A DNA stretch of 64,000 bases, taken from assembly GCA_028135785.1 (NCBI GenBank), contig JAOIHS010000006.1:8929-72928 (forward strand). The letters run 5' to 3'. Shown in pieces: positions 19,035-27,080 of this stretch; the stretch's first letter is position 1, and every line of letters begins with the position of its first letter. This DNA comes from SAR86 cluster bacterium. Its GTDB lineage: Bacteria > Pseudomonadota > Gammaproteobacteria > Magnimaribacterales > AG-339-G14. The notes below the pieces were generated by a model, which worked only from the letters and a program-made list of their open reading frames with translations, ran no database searches and was not told where the DNA came from. A program made the position numbers and the translations under genes.

Positions 19035-20309
19035 ATGATTGATATAGAAATTTTAAGAAAAAGATTCACAGAGGCTCAAGAAAACTTAGCTCTGAGAGGT
19101 TTTGATTTAGATGAAACTAAATGGAATGGAATGGAGTCCCTTCGAAAGGAATTACAGGTTAAGACTGAATCTCTTCAACAACACCAAAATAAGTTAGCTA
19201 GCCAAATTGGAGAAATGCAAAAAAACGGTAAAGATATTTCTGAAATTAAAAAAGAAGCAGGGGAGTTATCGATTTCTTTAAAAGTTAGCAAAAACGAACT
19301 CGATATACTTCAAAAAGAAATAAATGAATTTTTATTATCCATTCCAAATCTTCTAAATGAATCAGTGCCAAAAGGAACTAGCGAAGATGATTATAAGGTC
19401 ATTGAAGAAGTTGGTAGTCTTCCAAAATTTAACTTTGAAGTTAAAGATCATCAAGAATTAGGTATTCAAAACAGTGGAATGGATTTTGAAGCCGCTGTAA
19501 AAATTTCAAAATCAAGATTTGTAGTCTTTAAAGGCTCAACCGCCAAGTTGAATAGAGCGTTAATTCAATTTATGTTGAATTTGCATACAAACGAGCACGG
19601 ATATAAAGAGATTTATGTACCTTTATTAGTAAATTCTGATTCACTATTAGGAACTGGGCAATTGCCTAAATTTAAAGAAGATCAATTTAAAATAGAAAGC
19701 GAAGGTGAGGATCAAGATTTATATTTAATTCCAACTGCAGAAGTTCCTGTTACTAATTATCACAGAGGTGAAATTCTTAATCTGGAAGAACTTCCAATTT
19801 CATATGTTTGCCACACTCCTTGTTTTAGAAGCGAAGCAGGAAGCTATGGTCAGGACACCAAAGGAATAATAAGACAACATCAATTTGAAAAAGTTGAATT
19901 AGTTAAACTAGTATCTCCTGAAGAATCTAAAAATGAACTCGAAAAACTTACTGGACACGCCGAAAAAGTTTTACAACTTTTGGAATTGCCTTACAGAAAA
20001 GTAATTTTATGCTCCAAAGATACTGGATTTAGTTCCTCCTTTACCTACGACTTGGAAGTTTGGTTACCAAGCCAAAATAAATATAGAGAAATCTCTTCAT
20101 GTAGTAATTTTGAAGACTTTCAGTCAAGAAGAATGAAAATTAGAATAAAGCAAGAAAAGAAAAATATATTTTGCCACACTCTTAACGGTTCAGGCTTAGC
20201 TATTGGAAGAACTATGGCAGCAATTTTTGAAAATTATCAAAATGAGGATGGTTCAATTAATATTCCTAAGGTTTTGAGGCCTTATATGGATAATCAAAAA
20301 ACTCTCTAA
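19035..20309 (+). CDS. serS: serine--tRNA ligase
   Basis: N-terminal coiled-coil arm and class II core (TAEVPVTN, CFRSEAGS, LNGSGLAIGRT). Confidence 0.95.
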   Translation: MIDIEILRKRFTEAQENLALRGFDLDETKWNGMESLRKELQVKTESLQQHQNKLASQIGEMQKNGKDISEIKKEAGELSISLKVSKNELDILQKEINEFLLSIPNLLNESVPKGTSEDDYKVIEEVGSLPKFNFEVKDHQELGIQNSGMDFEAAVKISKSRFVVFKGSTAKLNRALIQFMLNLHTNEHGYKEIYVPLLVNSDSLLGTGQLPKFKEDQFKIESEGEDQDLYLIPTAEVPVTNYHRGEILNLEELPISYVCHTPCFRSEAGSYGQDTKGIIRQHQFEKVELVKLVSPEESKNELEKLTGHAEKVLQLLELPYRKVILCSKDTGFSSSFTYDLEVWLPSQNKYREISSCSNFEDFQSRRMKIRIKQEKKNIFCHTLNGSGLAIGRTMAAIFENYQNEDGSINIPKVLRPYMDNQKTL

Positions 20310-20379
20310 CCTTTTTAATACAAGCCAATAAGTATTCCTGATAAACTCCAAATTCTTCTAACCAACTAATATATATATT

Positions 20380-21393
20380 ATGGAATTTCTTTTTGAGTAT
20401 GGGTACTTTCTTTTGAAAACAATGACAATTGTTATATTGATTTTCGTTCCTATTTTTTTAATCATATCTTCAATGCGTCAGGAGCAAGATTCTGGCGAGT
20501 CTTTAAAAATTAAGAATTTGACTAAAAGATATGAAGCTATGGCTAATTCAATAAAAGCTTTAACGATGACAAAAGATGAAAAAAAGAAACTTAAAAAATC
20601 CTTAAAAAAAGAAAAAAAGAACACTCCAAAGACAAAGAAGAAACCGGTTTATGTTTTAAACTTTGATGGTGATATAGATGCTTCAAATGTTGCCAATTTA
20701 AAAGAAGAAATTAATGCAATTTTACAAAGTGAAACCAAGTGTGAAGAAATTGTTCTCAATCTTGAAAGTGCTGGTGGAACAGTAATCGGTTATGGATTGG
20801 CGGCAGCACAACTCCAAAGAATAAGAGATGCTGGAATAAACTTGACTGCCTGTGTTGATAAGATTGCTGCATCTGGAGGTTATATGATGGCCTGTGTAGC
20901 GAATAAAATTGTTTCGGCACCTTTTGCAATTATCGGTTCTATAGGAGTGGTAGCTGCAATTCCTAACTTTCACAAAATCCTTAAAAAAAATGATATTGAT
21001 TATGAGCTTCATACCGCCGGCGAGTATAAAAGAACGATTACTACTTTTGGTGAGACAACAGATGAAGGTAGAAAAAAGTTTAAAGAAGATCTCCATGATA
21101 TTCATGAGTTATTTAAAGAGCATGTCAGTAAATTTAGACCATCTTTGGATATCTCTAAGGTAGCTACAGGAGAGATATGGGAAGGATCTAAAGCATTGGA
21201 AGTTGGGTTGATAGATTCAATTTCAACTAGTGATGAATATTTAATGAATTTTGCTAAAAAGCATGAGGTTTACGAGATTAGATTTGAGCCTAAGAAAAAA
21301 ATTCAAGATAAACTAAGTAGATTTTTAAGTGTTTTACTAAGAGACAGTATAAGAACCATAGAAGACACTTTTAATAAAAATAAATTTAAATAA
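20380..21393 (+). CDS. sohB: S49-family inner-membrane peptidase SohB
   Basis: N-terminal TM segment, basic linker, and peptidase S49 core with AASGGYMMAC. Confidence 0.85.
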   Translation: MEFLFEYGYFLLKTMTIVILIFVPIFLIISSMRQEQDSGESLKIKNLTKRYEAMANSIKALTMTKDEKKKLKKSLKKEKKNTPKTKKKPVYVLNFDGDIDASNVANLKEEINAILQSETKCEEIVLNLESAGGTVIGYGLAAAQLQRIRDAGINLTACVDKIAASGGYMMACVANKIVSAPFAIIGSIGVVAAIPNFHKILKKNDIDYELHTAGEYKRTITTFGETTDEGRKKFKEDLHDIHELFKEHVSKFRPSLDISKVATGEIWEGSKALEVGLIDSISTSDEYLMNFAKKHEVYEIRFEPKKKIQDKLSRFLSVLLRDSIRTIEDTFNKNKFK

Positions 21394-21411
21394 ATAAAAG
21401 GAGACGACAAC

Positions 21412-21795
21412 ATGCTTTTAGCTAGAATAATTTCAATATTGCCAGCAATTTTACTTTTGCCAACCGGCATAGGTTGGCTTTTAAACCCCGTAGAAACCTC
21501 AGCAGACTTTGGGTTTGTTTTTAACGAACTTAGCAAACATGGCCAAAATACATTAATTAGAGACTTCACTGGTTTTTTCTTGGGAATATCTTCTATGTGT
21601 ATTATTGGAGCGATTAGAATGAAACATGTTTGGTTGGCTGCTCCAGCAGTAATATTTCTATTCGTACTTATCGGCCATACCATTGCTGCATTAATTCATG
21701 ATACAGGGTTCACAGATGTCTTTATTCCAGAAGTTTTCTTATTTGTTATATTTTCTTTGGGAACTTATTTAATTTACAGACAAGAAAATATATAA
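21412..21795 (+). CDS. small 4-TM membrane protein (possibly DUF4345-like)
   Basis: 127 aa with four hydrophobic segments. Good SD (AAAGGAGA). Confidence 0.4.
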   Translation: MLLARIISILPAILLLPTGIGWLLNPVETSADFGFVFNELSKHGQNTLIRDFTGFFLGISSMCIIGAIRMKHVWLAAPAVIFLFVLIGHTIAALIHDTGFTDVFIPEVFLFVIFSLGTYLIYRQENI

Positions 21796-21805
21796 ATAGC
21801 TTTCT

Positions 21806-22180
21806 ATGGAATCGCTAATAGATTTATTCATTACTATTGAACCATCCATAACAAGAGGATTTATATTTGGCTTCGTACATGTTTTTTTGATCATTATTGG
21901 TTACTATTTTGGTATTAGTCTTAATAGATTTTTAAAGATAATCTCTAATGGAGCTATCGCAGGAATCATTGGAGCAGCTCTTGCTCATATATTGGCAGAT
22001 TTAATAGCATCAATTATTGACCCAAGTATAAGACCAATGACCCTTGGCATCGTAAGCGGCGGATTAATTCCGTTACTTTTAATACCTATTTTTGAAAAGT
22101 ATATTACTAAAAGCGCAAATCATATTATGGTTGGTGACCATGAAGACATAGAAAAAGACTTGCAAGAAAAGCATAACTAA
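21806..22180 (+). CDS. hypothetical membrane protein
   Basis: 124 aa with 3-4 hydrophobic segments and an acidic C-terminal tail. Confidence 0.35.
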   Translation: MESLIDLFITIEPSITRGFIFGFVHVFLIIIGYYFGISLNRFLKIISNGAIAGIIGAALAHILADLIASIIDPSIRPMTLGIVSGGLIPLLLIPIFEKYITKSANHIMVGDHEDIEKDLQEKHN

Positions 22181-22270
22181 CTTATATCATTTAGAAATAA
22201 ATGAAAATATATCTTTCAGTTTCATCAAATTAGTATTTAATACACTTTTTTAACGAAGTATTAGGTACTT

Positions 22271-22507
22271 ATGAAATTATATGTAGGAAATCTCCCTTGG
22301 AGTATTGGAAATCAGGAATTAGAAGATTTATTTTCAAGTTACGGAACAGTCACATCTGCAAACGTAATCACGGATAGAGATACTAATAGATCTAGAGGCT
22401 TTGGATTTGTAGAGCTCGACGACGGTGGTGCAGAAGCTATCGAAGCATTGAACGAATCAGAAGTAGACGGAAGAAAAGTAATAGTTAACGAAGCTAGACC
22501 TAAGTAA
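22271..22507 (+). CDS. RRM-type RNA-binding protein
   Basis: RNP-2 (LYVGNL) and RNP-1 (RGFGFVEL) motifs; 78 aa. Confidence 0.85.
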   Translation: MKLYVGNLPWSIGNQELEDLFSSYGTVTSANVITDRDTNRSRGFGFVELDDGGAEAIEALNESEVDGRKVIVNEARPK

Positions 22508-22520
22508 CTCATCTCTTTTT

Positions 22521-22609
22521 GGCTGAGGTGTAGAATTAGCCCTCATTTCAGCCACCAAATTTAAAAAAAATTTAGGCTGGATTGTGTCGTTGCAGACTTT
22601 TCAGCCACC
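22521..22609 (+). repeat. two similar ~36-nt hairpin-forming units in the 3' region of the RRM gene
   Basis: Units at 22521-22556 and 22575-22609 each start with GGCTG and end with TTTCAGCCACC. The second is followed by TTTTTT. Confidence 0.45.
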
Positions 22610-22626
22610 TTTTTTGAACCAAAAAA

Positions 22627-22644
22627 AACGGGAACTTTCCCGTT
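22627..22644. terminator. hairpin between convergent genes (probable bidirectional terminator)
   Basis: AACGGGA-actt-TCCCGTT, flanked by an A-run on the 5' side and a T-rich tract on the 3' side. Confidence 0.55.
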
Positions 22645-22661
22645 TGGTTTTTAAATAAAAA

Positions 22662-22895
22662 CTATTTTTTCAAAATAGCAGCAATAATCAATATTGAAAT
22701 TAAAGCAAGAAGTCCTTCTTGACCCATAACTGAAAGTATAGAGGAGAAGTTAGCAACAACTGAACCAAAAAAAGCAGTTTCAGGCCCAAAAACTATTCCA
22801 ACTAATAATGAAACTGCAACGACAAGAGATAATACCTCTGTTGTTTTGTAGAGAAATTCTTTAATTGTTTCTAACTTTAACCAGTCCATATTCAT
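22662..22895 (-). CDS. small two-helix membrane protein, paralog B (77 aa)
   Basis: Gapless alignment to the adjacent 73-aa ORF, with shared GIVFG-x4-FFG-xV core and G-x2-G before helix 2. No recognisable SD. Confidence 0.5.
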   Translation of the reverse strand: MNMDWLKLETIKEFLYKTTEVLSLVVAVSLLVGIVFGPETAFFGSVVANFSSILSVMGQEGLLALISILIIAAILKK

Positions 22896-22907
22896 AGTTT
22901 TTATAAA

Positions 22908-22935
22908 GGTCAGGGGTTTTTTAAACCCCTAGACC
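22908..22935 (-). other. intercistronic stem-loop between the two small membrane-protein genes
   Basis: GGGGTTT-ttt-AAACCCC (22913-22929), extendable by GGTC/GACC. Confidence 0.5.
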
Positions 22936-22947
22936 AATATATCTTTG

Positions 22948-23169
22948 TTATCTAAGTAGATTTATAAGAATAGCTGCTGCTAGAAGCCCTACTATTCCGT
23001 TGTCACCTAATGTCTGTATAACAGCAAGAAGCTGGTTTAAAACATCGCCAAAGAAAAAAGAGTTACCACCGAATACTATTCCAGCAACGACTCCCAAACC
23101 AATTACACCTACTAAGATTCCAGTTAATCCAGAAACTAAGTCACGTATCATATTAAATGCATTTTCCAT
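22948..23169 (-). CDS. small two-helix membrane protein, paralog A (73 aa)
   Basis: Very strong SD (GGGGAGGATAATATG on the minus strand). Two hydrophobic helices. Paralogous to 22662..22895. Confidence 0.55.
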   Translation of the reverse strand: MENAFNMIRDLVSGLTGILVGVIGLGVVAGIVFGGNSFFFGDVLNQLLAVIQTLGDNGIVGLLAAAILINLLR

Positions 23170-23355
23170 ATTATCCTCCCCAGGTTTTTTATGTTTTTAG
23201 CTATTTCATTTCACCACTATTAATAGATTTCAGCAATCTATCTATTCTGGAGATACCCATGTTTTGGTTAATCTGTCAAATGTTAGACATTTATACGGGC
23301 ACTTATCAATGATTCATGCAAATGTCTATCTTAGAGCAGGGGAGTTTTCTGAATT

Positions 23356-24582
23356 TTAGCTTCTTGATTTATTTGTAGCATTTGAAAGAGACATCGCTTT
23401 CATCATATCCTTATTGGCTTTTTCTCTTTGTTCCATTCTAGTGATCTCTGCTTCTTCTACTTCAAGCTCAAGTAAAATTTCTCTATTATGTTCTCCAAGT
23501 GATGGAGCATGTGAATTTGGAAATTTATTTTGATCTTTGAAATTAAAAGGGGGCCTTGGCATTCTCATTTTTCCAGCCACCGGATGTGTCGTTTCTATTA
23601 ATGATTCTTGCTCAATAACTTGAGGATCTTCGTGAATTTCATCTAAAGAATTGATTATTGCTACTGGAACTCCAAACTTGTCTAATTCATCACACAAATA
23701 ACCTGCTTCTTGATCCTTAAGCATTTCTTTGACTGCATCTATGAAGGAATCTAAATTTTCTATCCGCATATCAGTCGTAGCGTACTCTTCTTTTGTATAA
23801 AGATTAGAATTACAAAGCTCACAGAGTTTTTGAAAATCCGCGTCCGCCAATAAGATAATACAAATATATCTATCTTTCGTTTTGAAGATTGGAAATGCAT
23901 CAAATAAATCTGGGAGTTTTTTTATATTTTCTCCCAGTAGAGTTTTAGACCACATTACATCTGGCCAAATATAATACAAAGCAGAATCTAACATAGAGAT
24001 TGGCAGATATTGACCTTCACCAGTTCTTTCCTTGTGAAATAAAGCAGTACTAATTGATTGAGCTGCGGTTAAGCCTGTTACTTTATCAAATACAATCGTT
24101 TTAAAAAATTGTGGTTTCTCAGAATTCTGAGCTGAAGCTGACCCAGCCGTAGCTTGAATTAAAGGATCATATACTCTTCGATTGATATAAGGACCAGTTT
24201 GACCATATCCCGAGATAGAAGTATAGATAATATCTGGATTTGTCTTTTTTATTGTTTCGTAATCAATACCAAGTTTTTTAACTACTCCTGGGCGATAGTT
24301 TTCAATTATGACGTCAGCAGTATCCAACAACTTTTTTAAAATTTTAAAGTCTTCAGCTTCTTTAAAATCTAAGACCATACACCTTTTATTTCTATTTATT
24401 ACTGAAAACATAGCAGCCATACCATCACGAGATGTACCCATCACTCTGGCAAGGTCGCCTATTAAAGGAGGCTCAACCTTTATAACGTCTGCTCCTTGAT
24501 CAGCTAGCATCATTCCAGCAAATGGACCTGACACAGTAGAAGTTAGCTCTATAACTCTAATACCTCTTAACGGACCTGACAT
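23356..24582 (-). CDS. family III CoA-transferase (CaiB/BaiF)
   Basis: N-terminal signature RVIELTSTVSGPFAGMMLADQGADVIKVEPP and ENYRPG. Confidence 0.85.
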   Translation of the reverse strand: MSGPLRGIRVIELTSTVSGPFAGMMLADQGADVIKVEPPLIGDLARVMGTSRDGMAAMFSVINRNKRCMVLDFKEAEDFKILKKLLDTADVIIENYRPGVVKKLGIDYETIKKTNPDIIYTSISGYGQTGPYINRRVYDPLIQATAGSASAQNSEKPQFFKTIVFDKVTGLTAAQSISTALFHKERTGEGQYLPISMLDSALYYIWPDVMWSKTLLGENIKKLPDLFDAFPIFKTKDRYICIILLADADFQKLCELCNSNLYTKEEYATTDMRIENLDSFIDAVKEMLKDQEAGYLCDELDKFGVPVAIINSLDEIHEDPQVIEQESLIETTHPVAGKMRMPRPPFNFKDQNKFPNSHAPSLGEHNREILLELEVEEAEITRMEQREKANKDMMKAMSLSNATNKSRS

Positions 24583-24647
24583 AATCTTTTCCTCAGCTTT
24601 ATCTTAATGTAACCTTAAAAAAAACAAAATAAAATCAATAAATTTTC

Positions 24648-25640
24648 TTAGAGACAAGAGTCTAGAAAATTCATTATTTTTTTTAAAGCAGGAATGGCAT
24701 CCCTCTTAAAATCATTTCCTACTAGAAAAGATCTCCCAGAATCAAGATAAGCATGATTTTTATCTTCGTATTCCCAATATTCAACTGATTGACCTTGATT
24801 CTCAAGTGCTTTTACATAGTCTTTAACCGCATAAACTGGAATTACTTTGTCTTGGCTGGCAGATGTTATTAGTTGAGGCGGAAGTTTTTGATTTTGGATA
24901 TTTGGAATATTGTATATAGGAGAGGAGGCTTTATACATTTCAGGATGACTAGATGGATTATATTCAGAACCAAAAATACCTCTTGGTTTTGCAAAAGCCA
25001 TCCACCAAAAAAAATTTTTATAAGTTTCAGCACCTCCATAAAGCGCCCACTTATAGAAATCAAATCCGCCATAACTTAAAACCGCTGCATTTACGGCAAG
25101 CAGATTATTATTTGAAATATCTTTTAATTTTATTTTTTCAGGTAAATACGATGGCTCAAAAGAAAGATGTTCTGAATAGTTTTCTTTTTTACCAATTTTA
25201 GTGCCTGAATTTACAATCATCGCAGAAATATAAGCCCCTGCACTATCTCCAGTAACTGCAAGACGATCTTTATCTCCTTTAAATTTAAATATGTTTTCTT
25301 TGATCCATAAAATAGATCCAAAAGCATCACCGATTAATTCATTAAAGGTTACAGAGTTGTGTTGATCACCAAGTAATCTGTAATTTACATTACAAACTAC
25401 ATAATCATGATTAGAGGCAATGTACTGTGCCATGTTATCTAAAATATTCTTTCTTCTAATTAAAAAACCCCCTCCATGAAATATAACCAAAACAGGAAAA
25501 GAGCCTTTATCTTTCTTTGGAGAGTAAATATCCATTGTTAAATCAAAGCCTTTAGGAGAAGCCCATACAACATCTTTCGAAATTGAATAATTATTTGTAT
25601 TATTTATATCTTTGTCTAACGAATAAAATTTTGAAAACAT
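24648..25640 (-). CDS. alpha/beta hydrolase, HSL-type esterase/lipase
   Basis: Oxyanion HGGGF and nucleophile GDSAGA motifs. Confidence 0.8.
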   Translation of the reverse strand: MFSKFYSLDKDINNTNNYSISKDVVWASPKGFDLTMDIYSPKKDKGSFPVLVIFHGGGFLIRRKNILDNMAQYIASNHDYVVCNVNYRLLGDQHNSVTFNELIGDAFGSILWIKENIFKFKGDKDRLAVTGDSAGAYISAMIVNSGTKIGKKENYSEHLSFEPSYLPEKIKLKDISNNNLLAVNAAVLSYGGFDFYKWALYGGAETYKNFFWWMAFAKPRGIFGSEYNPSSHPEMYKASSPIYNIPNIQNQKLPPQLITSASQDKVIPVYAVKDYVKALENQGQSVEYWEYEDKNHAYLDSGRSFLVGNDFKRDAIPALKKIMNFLDSCL

Positions 25641-25758
25641 AATTTATTATATTCATTTTTTTAGAAACATTTAATTCCTAATTCAGATTTAGATAATGTA
25701 GAATCCTTCGAGAAATCAATCGCTCAAACATTAGCCGTAACGCTATAAGTTTGAATCT

Positions 25759-25782
25759 GGGGTACTAATTGGGGTACTAATT
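25759..25782 (+). repeat. perfect tandem duplication of a 12-mer (GGGGTACTAATT x2)
   Basis: Read directly from the sequence; lies 46 nt upstream of tRNA-Ser. Confidence 0.9.
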
Positions 25783-25827
25783 ATTTTTAGAAATATTTAG
25801 TTACCCTGAAACCCAGATAACTCCAAC

Positions 25828-25919
25828 GGAGGGGTGGCAGAGCTTGGTTGAATGCACTGGTCTTGAAAACCAGCAGGCCAGAAATGGCCTCGTGGGTTCG
25901 AATCCCACCTCCTCCGCCA
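25828..25919 (+). tRNA. tRNA-Ser (anticodon UGA), long variable arm, CCA encoded
   Basis: Acceptor GGAGGGG/CTCCTCC (one G-U pair), anticodon stem CTGGT/ACCAG with loop CTTGAAA, variable arm GGCCAGAAATGGCC, T-arm GTGGG-TTCGAAT-CCCAC. Confidence 0.9.
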
Positions 25920-25985
25920 CTATAGAAAAGACCTTTCCATCGAAATAATAGGCATATAAAATTTATTTTTATAATGGGAGAAAAG

Positions 25986-26774
25986 ATGGCAGAGGATATT
26001 AGAATTTTTTCATATTTACCCAATCCTAGAGTTTGGAAATCTTTAATTACAGCAAAACTCGGAAACGTAAATTTAAAAGTGATCGGTGACAAACCCATGA
26101 GCCTTGCAAATTGGCTATGGGATTTTGACGCACAAGAATTAACATCATCAGACTTTGAAGAAATGAAGTCCTATAAACGTAAAAGCAAAAGAGGATTTAA
26201 GGGCGCCCTTTATAAGACAGATAGATTTTTAGAAAAAAATCCATTTGGAACAGTTCCTGCAGGCTTTAACTTTGATGGTTCAGAAGGAGTTTTTGAATCA
26301 AATAGTATAATGCGAGCCGTTGCCAGATTTTCAGATGACTCATCTCTTTATGGAGACAAGGACCCCTTTAAGCAATCGAGAATAGACAGTTTTCTTGATG
26401 CAAATCTTGTTTTTGCAAGAGAATTCCAAGTTTATACTCTTGAAATTGACTCATTAAATGATTATTTGTATAAAAGAATGACTTCTGCTTATTTATTTTA
26501 TTTAGATGGTATCGAAAGAGCTCTATCAATTAATGAGTTTATTGTTGGAGATAAAATATCGATAGCAGATATATCTTTTGTTTGTGATTTAGCTCAATTC
26601 TTAAGAGAAAGAGATAAAAAAGAAAATATAAATCAACAAGGGTATGAATTAATATCTCGAAATTTTGAAAAAGAATTTCCGAATTCATATTTTCATTTAA
26701 AAACATTGTCAAAACTTGAAGAATTTAGAGATTTTTTATTAAATTATTTAGAAAAAGTAATAAAAATTTCATAG
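25986..26774 (+). CDS. glutathione S-transferase-fold protein
   Basis: GST N-domain pattern NPFGTVP...ESNSIMRAV with an insertion, followed by a helical C-domain. ATG at 25986 has a GGGAG SD (track start is 25974). Confidence 0.55.
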   Translation: MAEDIRIFSYLPNPRVWKSLITAKLGNVNLKVIGDKPMSLANWLWDFDAQELTSSDFEEMKSYKRKSKRGFKGALYKTDRFLEKNPFGTVPAGFNFDGSEGVFESNSIMRAVARFSDDSSLYGDKDPFKQSRIDSFLDANLVFAREFQVYTLEIDSLNDYLYKRMTSAYLFYLDGIERALSINEFIVGDKISIADISFVCDLAQFLRERDKKENINQQGYELISRNFEKEFPNSYFHLKTLSKLEEFRDFLLNYLEKVIKIS

Positions 26775-26850
26775 TTTTTTTTTAATTTTTTTTTGATCCT
26801 AAAAAGATTTTTTTAATAATAACTTAGTCTAAAAAACACCATTTACCCTA

Positions 26851-26879
26851 TTGAAAAAATTGTTCAATTTCAATAATAT
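26851..26879 (+). promoter_or_regulatory. near-consensus sigma70-type promoter upstream of the trpS leader
   Basis: TTGAAA (26851-56), 17-nt spacer, TAATAT (26874-79). Confidence 0.4.
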
Positions 26880-27044
26880 AAATTTATACCTTAAGTAGGC
26901 ATTTCAATATCTCGAGACAGTGAAAAAGAAACTAAGGGATAGAAGAAGGGTGAAAAGACGTAAGAAATTTCGCCACATACAGGTAGATGGGTAAATCACC
27001 TGTACTAGTTAACCCACTAGACCCCTTAAACTTCGTTTTAAAAA

Positions 27045-27069
27045 ACACCACTTTGTGGTGTTTTTTTTT
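27045..27069 (+). terminator. intrinsic terminator/attenuator 11 nt upstream of the trpS start codon
   Basis: ACACCAC-ttt-GTGGTGT followed by an uninterrupted T-run through 27069; an A-run lies on the 5' side. Confidence 0.65.
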
Positions 27070-27080
27070 ATACTATCCAT

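Noticed and set aside
22948-23169. F-type ATPase c-subunit-like proteolipid
   Set aside because: It shares only the MEN... start and a two-helix, Gly-rich layout. The acidic residue lies at the helix-2 boundary rather than mid-membrane, and no atp genes are nearby.
25787-26098. 103-aa ORF on the minus strand
   Set aside because: It is the antisense translation across tRNA-Ser (the GGGGIRTHE... artefact) and overlaps the GST-like gene start.
26880-27080. T-box riboswitch upstream of trpS
   Set aside because: I found no T-box consensus (AGGGUGGNACCGCG-like) and no obvious antiterminator alternative to the terminator. T-boxes are also not expected in gammaproteobacteria.
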